Of a DNA stretch of 64,000 bases, positions 19,300 to 27,393 are shown piece by piece (position 1 is the first letter of the stretch; every line of letters starts with the position of its first letter). The notes under the pieces were generated by a model. It did no database searches, was not told where the DNA came from, and saw only the letters and a program-made list of their open reading frames with translations. The stretch lies in the sequence record OP870146.1, one strand, 5' to 3'. A program made the translations under genes and the position numbers. Source of the DNA: Escherichia phage vB_Eco_F27.

Positions 19300-20249
19300 T
19301 ATAATACCTCAATGGCATTTCGTAAACCATCCGCTTTTGCATTCAGAGCTTTTAATGATTTAGTTTGTTCTGCAATTTGGGCTTCGACTTCTTTCAGACG
19401 AGATTTGAGATATTCGCGTTCTTCAGCCATGATATCGACCTTTTCTGCTTTAGGTTCTTTAATAAGCTTAGGTTTATACGTATTAGGGTTCTTCAGCTTA
19501 ATTCGGGTACGAGAACTGAATAACATTGAACCGTTATCTTCGGTTTCGTCGAACATTTCAACAACATCCATAGTCTCTAACAATGTAATAAGTTTATAAG
19601 ACAACGAACGAATAGTTTTGTTGTGCTTATTAATTTCTTCGGCTTTCATGGTACCGAGATTACGTGAGTAATAATAAGGAACCTGGATATCAATTGATAA
19701 TGATGCGTTACCATTACCGGTTGGTTTGAATACTGCAGTAACCCAATCTTTAACATGAACTTTATTTGTACGACCATCACCGCCTGTGAATAATTTACGA
19801 GAATGTTTAAAAAGCATATTCACTTGTTTATTGAATTCACAAGCAAATTTATCAGCAAATTTAGTTTCAGGAATGGTAGTTAACCAATCAGCCAAATGAG
19901 TCTTTTTAACATCGTTAATAATAGTGAATTCAACCAAATCGGTTTTAGACGTCACAGATTTAATAAAACTCGGCTTCATAAAGTTTTTAATGTTATCGCG
20001 AGCTACAGTAGAAGATAATAAACGAGAACGTTTGAACCATTGAAGCAACGTCCCTAACGAATGAGAATACGCATTTTGAGTATCTTTACAGATATGATTT
20101 TCTTGGCCTATGTATGTACCAAAATCGCGAAGAATACCACTTACCACATCTCGGTGTGGAACATCAAATCCTAGTGCACCAGAAGCGCGCTGAGCATGAA
20201 CGTTAGCGATAAGACCTGCAAAATAATCAATGTAATGTGAACGTGTCAT
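19299..20249 (-). CDS. hypothetical protein with C-terminal coiled coil
   Basis: 316-aa ORF. The last ~45 aa are heptad-like (EEREYLKSRLKEVEAQIAEQTKSLKALNAKADGLRNAIEVL). Confidence 0.65.
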   Translation of the reverse strand: MTRSHYIDYFAGLIANVHAQRASGALGFDVPHRDVVSGILRDFGTYIGQENHICKDTQNAYSHSLGTLLQWFKRSRLLSSTVARDNIKNFMKPSFIKSVTSKTDLVEFTIINDVKKTHLADWLTTIPETKFADKFACEFNKQVNMLFKHSRKLFTGGDGRTNKVHVKDWVTAVFKPTGNGNASLSIDIQVPYYYSRNLGTMKAEEINKHNKTIRSLSYKLITLLETMDVVEMFDETEDNGSMLFSSRTRIKLKNPNTYKPKLIKEPKAEKVDIMAEEREYLKSRLKEVEAQIAEQTKSLKALNAKADGLRNAIEVL

Positions 20250-20277
20250 AATATTTTCCTCTCGTTAAGATAGAAAG

Positions 20278-20307
20278 ATTATACTCCAACCATCCTTGGT
20301 TGTACAT
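20278..20307 (-). promoter_or_regulatory. early promoter cassette, related to 40959..40988
   Basis: Minus strand: ATGTAC, 18 nt, TATAAT. The spacer contains CAACCA-AGGA-TGGTTG. It shares CCATCCTTGGT..TGTACATCATT with the cassette at 40965..40992. Confidence 0.55.
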
Positions 20308-21302
20308 CATTCCTTAAGAAGTTTTACTACTTGAATAAGATTAGCTCGTTCTGTTTTATTTTTACCGTTTAAGCCTGCTAATCGTGAGATTTCATCGTCA
20401 GTCTGTTGAATAGTTACATTAAGTTCGTTAATCAAAGCTTCAAAGTATTTGATTTGCTCAGCATGTTTTGATTCAAATTTCTGAACCGGAATAACGTCTT
20501 GATTCAGTTCATCAATAAGGTCTTTAAGAGCATCTTCTTGGTTGATATCATATTCAACTTCTTTTATTTCTTCAACGAGCTCGTCTTTATATCTAACGTC
20601 TTTTAGTCCTGGAGCTGGTCCTAAAATCTCTTCTTTAAGAGTACAAACATATCCAATACGATATCCAGTGCCGTCTCGCTTGATATCAACTTCGTCGATA
20701 AATCCACAATGTTTAAGACCAGAGCCGATTAGGTTAAAATATCCTTGACGTCGTCCTTCAAACGTTACGCGAACTACTAAGACAGTTTTACCTGCAACCT
20801 TTTGAAGCTCACATTTATAAAAGTCAGTTGAACCTGAATAACGTGGATGAGTTTTAAAGTTCATCTGACGATCTAGGCCCATTTGTAAACGTGCTGATAC
20901 GGCCAGAAAACGTGTTTGGTTCTCGTTAAGATGAGCAACAATCTGTTTCAAAGGCATTTTACCATGTTCACGACCGAACAAATCAGTACGTCCTAAATTA
21001 CGCAGGATATTGTTAGAGTTAATCATCGACAGAACGTTAAGTTTATTCAGCGCGCTGAAGATTCCATCAGCCATTGATTTTCCATAACCTTTACACGCTT
21101 TAATAAGTGCTCGCGGCAGATTAGTATAGATTTCAGACGGCATATGAAAATCAAATTTACTAACCAGTAATTGATGAACTTGGATAGAAATTTGTTCATA
21201 ATTAAGTGCTCTGCGATCATTATGGTCTTTAAACCACACTTTAATCTGTGAAGCACATAAACCATTAATTTCATGTTTTACCGCATCAGATGTAATGCTC
21301 AT
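20307..21302 (-). CDS. hypothetical protein with C-terminal coiled coil
   Basis: 331-aa ORF. The C-terminal ~90 aa are acidic and heptad-like. Confidence 0.65.
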   Translation of the reverse strand: MSITSDAVKHEINGLCASQIKVWFKDHNDRRALNYEQISIQVHQLLVSKFDFHMPSEIYTNLPRALIKACKGYGKSMADGIFSALNKLNVLSMINSNNILRNLGRTDLFGREHGKMPLKQIVAHLNENQTRFLAVSARLQMGLDRQMNFKTHPRYSGSTDFYKCELQKVAGKTVLVVRVTFEGRRQGYFNLIGSGLKHCGFIDEVDIKRDGTGYRIGYVCTLKEEILGPAPGLKDVRYKDELVEEIKEVEYDINQEDALKDLIDELNQDVIPVQKFESKHAEQIKYFEALINELNVTIQQTDDEISRLAGLNGKNKTERANLIQVVKLLKE

Positions 21303-21337
21303 AACTATTTCCTCAGATTGAATTGGAACTCAAAACC

Positions 21338-21363
21338 ATTATAACCCGTCCTTGGGTAAAGCG
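21338..21363 (-). promoter_or_regulatory. candidate MotA-dependent middle promoter
   Basis: Minus strand: CGCTTTA (MotA-box-like), 13 nt, TATAAT. The spacing is too short for a -35/-10 pair. Confidence 0.35.
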
Positions 21364-21364
21364 T

Positions 21365-21889
21365 TTATGCGTGAACCGTCTTTAAACGTTCTTCAAATTT
21401 CCGAAGAAGTGCTTGGCGTTCTGCTCGTTGTTCCATATAAGTTTTAATACGACCTGAAGTGAGGGCGTATTGTTCGTTTACCGATTCCTTCATAAAATCA
21501 GGAATCTCACGACAAGTTTTGATTTCGTCGAACTTGTCAATAACTGCTTGTTGTTCTGCAATCAGATTATTGTAGTATTCGATATCTGATTTAATGTTTT
21601 GGATATCAGACTCAGTAGGCATGTTACGTGCTTTACGTTTTGCCTGATATTCTGCGTTTGTAGCACGACTCCAGTGAAGAGTACGTTTTTTGTTAGTGTT
21701 TTTGTAGACTTCCACAATTCCAACTGAATCGATGATAACAATCCAATTCCAGCGAGATTTGAAAATCTGACCTCCGTCCACGGTAATCTCGTTACCATAA
21801 GCAACATCATTAAAGAACTTGCTTTGTGCTTCAGATTTAAATTTACCGTCGTTATAATTTACCAGGTTGAAAATATCTTTAGCGTTCAT
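21365..21889 (-). CDS. hypothetical protein with C-terminal coiled coil
   Basis: 174-aa ORF. Confidence 0.65.
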   Translation of the reverse strand: MNAKDIFNLVNYNDGKFKSEAQSKFFNDVAYGNEITVDGGQIFKSRWNWIVIIDSVGIVEVYKNTNKKRTLHWSRATNAEYQAKRKARNMPTESDIQNIKSDIEYYNNLIAEQQAVIDKFDEIKTCREIPDFMKESVNEQYALTSGRIKTYMEQRAERQALLRKFEERLKTVHA

Positions 21890-21916
21890 GTTTTACCTCC
21901 AGTAGTTGATAGGTCT

Positions 21917-21945
21917 ATAATAACATAACCGTAGACCTTGTAAAC
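21917..21945 (-). promoter_or_regulatory. early promoter cassette (PeSL type)
   Basis: Minus strand: GTTTAC, 17 nt, TATTAT. Inverted repeat AGGTCTA/TAGACCT brackets the -10. Confidence 0.65.
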
Positions 21946-21947
21946 AA

Positions 21948-22235
21948 CTAAAAGAAACTTTTTTCGGTATTTTTTCCACTGAACCAAACAGACTTCGGTA
22001 TTTTCTGTAATTTTTCAGATTTAAGTTTCTCTTCCCGTTCTTTCTTATATACACCCTTGTCGTACTGGAGCATCTCTATGGCATTCTTTTGCAAACGATC
22101 TAAGGTAATTAAGGCTTTAGTTTTTCCTTTCAAGGAAGAGTCCTGGCGAACCTCCTCGCTATATTGCATTGTAGAACTAACCATATGATGAGCATAGAGT
22201 TCGACTGCGGCTTTAATTTTTTGCATAAAATCCAT
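21948..22235 (-). CDS. hypothetical protein
   Basis: 95-aa ORF. Confidence 0.55.
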   Translation of the reverse strand: MDFMQKIKAAVELYAHHMVSSTMQYSEEVRQDSSLKGKTKALITLDRLQKNAIEMLQYDKGVYKKEREEKLKSEKLQKIPKSVWFSGKNTEKSFF

Positions 22236-22373
22236 AACATATCCTCTTTGATTTGTACATCATTATTTTTAAATATTTCTATGCCCTAAGTAGGTTCCTG
22301 GTGTCCTTCTTTGAGGTAAGCCATATGATTATTCATCTTTATGGCTTTTGTTACCTCAGAACTTCCTATAAGC

Positions 22374-23375
22374 TTATTTCAGTAAAGTTACTTCAGAGAT
22401 TTCCTCCCAACCATCTTTATCAGTTGAAATAAAATCTGCTACATAAAGAGCCGTACGTAATGATACATTGCGAAGACGAGATACGTTAGCCTTCATCCAG
22501 GACAATGCTTTATACGTTTCTGCATCCGTCAGACCACGTTTCTGCATCATGTCAGTAGATAATATTACATCTTCAACTCGAACCATAATCTCTTCATTAG
22601 AGTGTACTCCAAGGTCGAGATACACTGAACGAGATACTAAAGCTTGAAGGTGCGGAGCAAGTTTCGAACCGCGTTCTAACTCTTTATCGATATCAACGTT
22701 TGTAATGAAAACGATAGTACCTTCAAACTCAAATTCTTTATCAATACCCTTATCATCGAGATAAGATGACGCAGTGCTCCAACAAACTTTGCGTTTATCT
22801 CCGGTATCTAATGCTGCTTTAAGAAGGTTCAAGATGTCCATATCTGAGAATACATCAACGTCGTCGATTAAGAGAACGCTGTCTGCATCACGGTTGAGCC
22901 AAAGTTGTTCGTAAAGGCCAATACCAGAGATTTTACCATTAATGCTTTTGTATTTGATGAAACCATTATCATTAGCATTATTAAGTGCTTTATCCAGAGA
23001 ATACGTCTTACCAATACCGGCTGCACCTGAAATAATGAGTGAACGAATTTTGCCATCGATAATGCCATTCGTCATCATGTTCATTACTTTAAAGCGTTTG
23101 TTGATACGAGTTTTCATATCTTCAGTGCTTTCAACAACTGCAACTGGTGGTGTCTCAACTCCTTCCATTACGATGTCTGATTTGAAGACCCATACTCCAC
23201 GTTCAGAACCATCAATCATAACGAAAATTTTACCATCACCTAAGTGGGAACATTCAGGATTAAGCTTTGCCGGGAACCATGTCTTTGTGGCAACATAAGA
23301 ACCAGAGATTTCGTTATTACGATAGATACCTTTTTTGATTTGAACGTTGAACATTTTATTCTCCAATTTACTCAT
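22374..23375 (-). CDS. AAA+ family ATPase
   Basis: 333 aa. Walker A GAAGIGKTYS, Walker B VLLIDDVD, sensor-1-like IVFITN. The N-terminal ~100 aa form an extra domain. Confidence 0.75.
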   Translation of the reverse strand: MSKLENKMFNVQIKKGIYRNNEISGSYVATKTWFPAKLNPECSHLGDGKIFVMIDGSERGVWVFKSDIVMEGVETPPVAVVESTEDMKTRINKRFKVMNMMTNGIIDGKIRSLIISGAAGIGKTYSLDKALNNANDNGFIKYKSINGKISGIGLYEQLWLNRDADSVLLIDDVDVFSDMDILNLLKAALDTGDKRKVCWSTASSYLDDKGIDKEFEFEGTIVFITNVDIDKELERGSKLAPHLQALVSRSVYLDLGVHSNEEIMVRVEDVILSTDMMQKRGLTDAETYKALSWMKANVSRLRNVSLRTALYVADFISTDKDGWEEISEVTLLK

Positions 23376-23392
23376 TTCGTTTCGATAGGTCT

Positions 23393-23421
23393 ATAATAAC
23401 ATGTTTAAAGCAAAAGTAAAC
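23393..23421 (-). promoter_or_regulatory. early promoter cassette
   Basis: Minus strand: GTTTAC, 17 nt, TATTAT, then AGACCTATC. Confidence 0.65.
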
Positions 23422-23423
23422 AA

Positions 23424-23642
23424 TTATTTGCGACGAGATTTTTTGGTAAGAGGTTGAAAGAACACTGCTTTACCTGCTGGGGATAAGGTGACTCGTAATG
23501 CATTACCGATTCCTAAGGATGCTTTAACTAAACCTTTAGCTTTCAGTTCACCAAATGCTTGACGTTGGTCTGCATCACGAGTGTTAACCATAAGACCTTT
23601 ATCACCTGCTTCACGAATCATTTCTAACATTTTGGTTTTCAT
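23424..23642 (-). CDS. small basic protein, possible winged-helix DNA binder
   Basis: The ATG at 23642 (MKTKMLEMIREAGDKGL) follows AGAGGAGAA. The longer track ORF crosses the promoter. Confidence 0.5.
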   Translation of the reverse strand: MKTKMLEMIREAGDKGLMVNTRDADQRQAFGELKAKGLVKASLGIGNALRVTLSPAGKAVFFQPLTKKSRRK

Positions 23643-23669
23643 TTTGTTCTCCTCTTGTTTTGATAGGTC

Positions 23670-23698
23670 TATAATAACATATCCTAAAAGCATGTACA
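23670..23698 (-). promoter_or_regulatory. early promoter cassette
   Basis: Minus strand: GTGTAC, 17 nt, TATTAT, then AGACCTATCAAAAC. Confidence 0.55.
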
Positions 23699-23711
23699 CT
23701 ACTTTTTAAAA

Positions 23712-23746
23712 ATATTTTAACCCCCTAAAGGGACCCGAAGGTCCCC
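23712..23746 (-). terminator. UUCG-hairpin terminator module
   Basis: Minus-strand GGGACC-UUCG-GGUCCC followed by UUUAGGGGGUU...AUUUUU. Same architecture as 41378..41408. Confidence 0.6.
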
Positions 23747-23750
23747 ACAT

Positions 23751-24032
23751 TTACTTATCGCACTTAGCAACATAATTAGGCATATCACAGAATACGGAGC
23801 GAGTAACTACTCGGCCCTTTGACCATGCTTCAGTTGCTTGTCCGGCCGTGCTATTAATATAGCTTGATTTGATATTCTCAATACCCTGAGAATGTGATGC
23901 ATTTACCGAACCATTAGAAGGCCCAGAAGACTGGTTACCACCAGCTCCTGCACTACCGCTAGCTGCACCTGTGGTAGCGCCAACAGAGAATGCCATCATT
24001 ACTGCGAATAAACCAATTACTAATTTTTTCAT
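23751..24032 (-). CDS. secreted small protein (signal peptide)
   Basis: MKKLVIGLFAVMMAFSVGA is followed by a G/S/A-rich segment. Two C-terminal Cys residues. Confidence 0.65.
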   Translation of the reverse strand: MKKLVIGLFAVMMAFSVGATTGAASGSAGAGGNQSSGPSNGSVNASHSQGIENIKSSYINSTAGQATEAWSKGRVVTRSVFCDMPNYVAKCDK

Positions 24033-24063
24033 ATTTACCTCAAGTTAAGGGTTATTTATCTAC

Positions 24064-25053
24064 TTATTTATAGTAAGAATTATGATTTTCGAGATAGACT
24101 TGTTCAAGGAAGTCATCCCAGAAACTCATATCTACTTTTTGTTGCATACCGTTCTTAGTGGCTTGTTCCGATGCTTGTTCAACTTGGTCAACGATATCTT
24201 CTAGGAATTCTTGTACAGTTTTAAACGTATGTTTACCAAGCTTAACATCGAGAATAAATGGAGCATCCTGAAGTGGGTAAACCAGGTCGCCGGTTTTGTA
24301 AATTTCCAATAGTTGAAGTCCACCACGACATGCATGACTCAATGCTTTCCAGTCAATACCTTCGTTGGCTTCTGCCTTACGAGCACGTTCACCATAGTTC
24401 TCTTCCAGTTTAACCAGGATGGCATTGAACTCTTTATTGGTTAACGTGTCTTGGAATTTACGGTCTAACAGATTATAGAATGTTTGCTTACCTGTTTTCT
24501 CGTTTTCGGTTTCAACCCACGAAGCAAATTCACCTACAGGCAGAACATTCTTCATATGTGATAAACGAATTACTGCACCATTATCAAAGTATTGTCCCCA
24601 TTCATTAGAACGTTTAAGGGCTTGACGAAGAACAGCCAGTCGAGAACCCTTGACACCGTATTTAGAAGCTTGCTTACGGACATACCCTAAATAAGATTTC
24701 ATGTTAGTAGTATAGAAACGAGACCTGTTGTCTTGAATATACTTCCACACGTCAGGCAAATCAGATTTAACTACTAGACTTGGTGGAGTGTGAAGCATAT
24801 CTAATGCGACGGTTTCACCATCCGCAGCTAGTTTAAAGAAATATTTGAGACTATACAACTCATGGTCCACGTCGTCTTTTGTGTTCTTAGAAGATGTGTT
24901 ATTCGTGTTCTTGCTCATGTGTTCTTTAACGTTACCGGTCAAGATATCACGAGCATGAGGGACATAAATTTCTTTAAAATCGACGTCAGATTCAGGAGTA
25001 GACGTTCCATAAAGGTGGCTACCAAAGTAGCCTTTCATAATTGTTTTCATCAT
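24064..25053 (-). CDS. nucleotidyltransferase-fold protein (pol-beta superfamily)
   Basis: 329 aa. N-terminal FGSHLYGTSTPESDVDFKEIY fits the hG[GS]-x(9-13)-DhDh minimal NTase motif. Confidence 0.6.
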   Translation of the reverse strand: MMKTIMKGYFGSHLYGTSTPESDVDFKEIYVPHARDILTGNVKEHMSKNTNNTSSKNTKDDVDHELYSLKYFFKLAADGETVALDMLHTPPSLVVKSDLPDVWKYIQDNRSRFYTTNMKSYLGYVRKQASKYGVKGSRLAVLRQALKRSNEWGQYFDNGAVIRLSHMKNVLPVGEFASWVETENEKTGKQTFYNLLDRKFQDTLTNKEFNAILVKLEENYGERARKAEANEGIDWKALSHACRGGLQLLEIYKTGDLVYPLQDAPFILDVKLGKHTFKTVQEFLEDIVDQVEQASEQATKNGMQQKVDMSFWDDFLEQVYLENHNSYYK

Positions 25054-25523
25054 TTAGCCTTATATTCAAGAGTAGGACAGACTTTTTCTTTACGAGCTTT
25101 AAGGTATTCGCCTATTAATGATTTCTTACGTTCAATAGGCTCAAGTCCATTTTTAATTCGTTCTTGGTTTTGTGCAATGAGCTCAATTTCTTTATAATAT
25201 TTTCTGTCGTTATATTTGTCTAACAACCAAGACGGACCAATTACCAACCCGGTAGCAATAAAAGCCATGACTGCTACAATTAAAACGCCTACACCAATTG
25301 AGGCTGGAACTAATGTCCATAGACTGCTAAAAACAAAGAATTTAGTTAAAATTTCCTGGCCAATGATTGTGACTGCTGCTAAAATCGCAAATCCAATAAT
25401 TGAAACAGCTAATACCGGGATTAGCGTTTTCCAAAAATAAGCACACAACGTTTTCGGACGATTCCATGTACTATTGAACGCGGCATAAATTTTAAAGTGC
25501 CAAGAGTTTTCATTGATAATCAT
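25050..25523 (-). CDS. membrane protein
   Basis: 157 aa with three or four hydrophobic helices and a basic C-terminal tail. Confidence 0.6.
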   Translation of the reverse strand: MIINENSWHFKIYAAFNSTWNRPKTLCAYFWKTLIPVLAVSIIGFAILAAVTIIGQEILTKFFVFSSLWTLVPASIGVGVLIVAVMAFIATGLVIGPSWLLDKYNDRKYYKEIELIAQNQERIKNGLEPIERKKSLIGEYLKARKEKVCPTLEYKAK

Positions 25524-25532
25524 AATAATTCC

Positions 25533-26063
25533 TTATTTCAAAGTTGGGATAATAGAATCGAGATAAGCTTTAAGAGCAACTGCTTCATCTTTGTCTAATG
25601 TAATGATATGTTGACGAAGGTCATCAATTTGGCGAATAACTACGACATCACCGTCTTCATAAGAAGGATTAACGCCTAGGACTGTTGTATAGTCAGGGCG
25701 GTCCTGATTTGTAATAAAAGCATTACGGCATTTAGCCCATTGAAGTTTGGCCTTTTTGGCTGTTTCAGATTCCATTAATTCTTTCACCTTAGTGACGAAT
25801 GTTTTCCAATTATTGATAGAAAGGCATTCATCTTCTGTTTCGATATTAACCCCACTATAAAGACCGTGATAAAAACGAACTTGAAGGTCTTCATCAATGT
25901 TAATTACAGATGCATGGCCGGGCGGATTGAGTTTCAAAATCTTGTCCAGTTCCATAGGAAGAATAGTAACAGCATCATCTTCTTGTGTCAGAACGTAAGC
26001 ATAACCACGTTTTTCGATACATAAATCACCAAACAACTCAGTCGTTTCAATTACAGTTTTCAT
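25533..26063 (-). CDS. hypothetical protein
   Basis: ORF 25533..26075. The ATG at 26063 (MKTVIETTE) is preferred over the upstream TTG. Confidence 0.6.
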   Translation of the reverse strand: MKTVIETTELFGDLCIEKRGYAYVLTQEDDAVTILPMELDKILKLNPPGHASVINIDEDLQVRFYHGLYSGVNIETEDECLSINNWKTFVTKVKELMESETAKKAKLQWAKCRNAFITNQDRPDYTTVLGVNPSYEDGDVVVIRQIDDLRQHIITLDKDEAVALKAYLDSIIPTLK

Positions 26064-26314
26064 ATTATTCACCAATTAAAGTTTCAACAAAATTCACTAA
26101 AGCATTCTGGCAAGCATCAACCTGATTTCTATAAAAATTAAATAAGATCCATCAATTTATTAGCTTGTTCACGAGTCATTTTACCATGCTCGCTTCAATA
26201 AGATTCATTACACCATTTACCATGTTATAGGTAAACATCGGATAATTGTATTGTACTACAACATAAGCGATAAGCAAAAGTTTCATTTTGTTCTCCATTT
26301 GTTTTGGTAGGACT

Positions 26315-26344
26315 ACTATAACATAGTCCTACCAAGTTGTAAAC
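26315..26344 (-). promoter_or_regulatory. early promoter cassette (PeSL type)
   Basis: Minus strand: GTTTAC, 18 nt, TATAGT. Inverted repeat TAGGACTA/TAGTCCTA surrounds the -10. Confidence 0.65.
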
Positions 26345-26550
26345 TACCGATTGTGTTTTAAATGTTGATAAAGCTCTTCAACTTGTTTAGGGTCCAAAAC
26401 AATTAAGTCATTTTCTTGACGAAGATAAATCCATCCCTTATCCCCAGGACCATTTTTACAAAACATCACCACCATATCATCATCTTCAGCGCTTTCAGGT
26501 AAAAGTTCAAGTACACCGTCTTCAGATTTTCCAGTATAATCGTAAAGCAT
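26344..26550 (-). CDS. hypothetical acidic protein
   Basis: The ATG at 26550 (MLYDYTGKSE) follows GAGGAUAUU. Confidence 0.55.
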   Translation of the reverse strand: MLYDYTGKSEDGVLELLPESAEDDDMVVMFCKNGPGDKGWIYLRQENDLIVLDPKQVEELYQHLKHNR

Positions 26551-26557
26551 AATATCC

Positions 26558-26737
26558 TCACATAATCTCGTTAACATACATTTGCAATTCGGTGTGGGCG
26601 TCAGCCATCTTTTTCATAGCTCTGTTAATGTCGATGTCTCCATCTTCGCAACCATGAGCATTTTCCCAATCAGATACCGCATTAGCGTACTCTTCAATCA
26701 AAAACATTAACTTAGAAATTTTTTCTTTACGTGACAT
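26558..26737 (-). CDS. small hypothetical protein
   Basis: The ATG at 26737 (MSRKEKISKL) follows AGAGGAGAAC and lies downstream of the promoter at 26765..26793. Confidence 0.55.
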   Translation of the reverse strand: MSRKEKISKLMFLIEEYANAVSDWENAHGCEDGDIDINRAMKKMADAHTELQMYVNEIM

Positions 26738-26764
26738 AACGTTCTCCTCTAGTAAGTAAGGTTT

Positions 26765-26793
26765 ACTATAACACAACCTGAGGAGAAGTAAAC
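26765..26793 (-). promoter_or_regulatory. early promoter cassette
   Basis: Minus strand: GTTTAC, 17 nt, TATAGT. The spacer TTCTCCTC is complementary to GAGGAGAA in the 5' UTR. Confidence 0.65.
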
Positions 26794-26804
26794 TGATAGA
26801 TGCC

Positions 26805-26832
26805 AAAAAGCCCCAACCTTTCGGAAGGGGCT
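26805..26832 (-). terminator. intrinsic terminator after rI, identical copy at 42073..42101
   Basis: Minus-strand AGCCCCUUCC-GAAA-GGUUGGGGCU followed by U5. The 28-nt sequence recurs exactly at 42074..42101. Confidence 0.75.
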
Positions 26833-26838
26833 AGTAAA

Positions 26839-27141
26839 TTAGATAGATGTAGGCTCTAATTTTATTTTCATGAACTCGGCAAATTGTCTGGCAGTTTTTA
26901 TGCCTTGTTCATGACATTCAAATGCATCATCACAGGGGCTATTTTTGTAATGCTTTGCCATATACTTATAGAATTTTTCAGAATTCTCGACATTTTGAAT
27001 TTCAAACAAAGTATATACGTTTTTAATCCCTGATTCCATAAAGTTATCAAAATATGGGTCGATATATGCAGTACCAACGATAGGAGTTGTTGCTGCAAAA
27101 AACCCCAGCATCGCCATGACAGCTATCGCTCTTAAGGCCAT
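26839..27141 (-). CDS. rI: lysis-inhibition regulator rI (antiholin)
   Basis: 100 aa. The signal-anchor N-terminus and DPYFDNFMESGIKNVYTLFE...PCDDAFEC...IKLE align with remembered T4 RI. Confidence 0.85.
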   Translation of the reverse strand: MALRAIAVMAMLGFFAATTPIVGTAYIDPYFDNFMESGIKNVYTLFEIQNVENSEKFYKYMAKHYKNSPCDDAFECHEQGIKTARQFAEFMKIKLEPTSI

Positions 27142-27153
27142 ATAGGCCTCCTG

Positions 27154-27366
27154 TTAATTTTGGCCAGTATTTATTTTTCGCCTTTGGACGGCCTTAACAT
27201 CTGTGAGGTATTTTTCCAGCTTGCGCTTGCGTGTATAATCAGCTTTAGAACCAGTTTGACGGATATCCTCGTTTAAATGAGAAATAGAATGTCCTAATTC
27301 TCTTCGGATTTCATCCAATTTGGTTACAGTAAGATTACGAAGTTGTCTTTCGTTTAATTGCTGCAT
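27154..27366 (-). CDS. hypothetical basic protein (rI.1 position)
   Basis: 70-aa ORF between tk and rI. Confidence 0.6.
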   Translation of the reverse strand: MQQLNERQLRNLTVTKLDEIRRELGHSISHLNEDIRQTGSKADYTRKRKLEKYLTDVKAVQRRKINTGQN

Positions 27367-27393
27367 ATATACCTCTTGGTTAGATATTAGTAT

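Noticed and set aside
24065-24072. Minus-strand TATAAATA as a late promoter
   Set aside because: The motif lies inside the last codons (Y-Y-K-stop) of the nucleotidyltransferase gene. It may be a coincidence of AT-rich coding sequence and is not reported as a feature.
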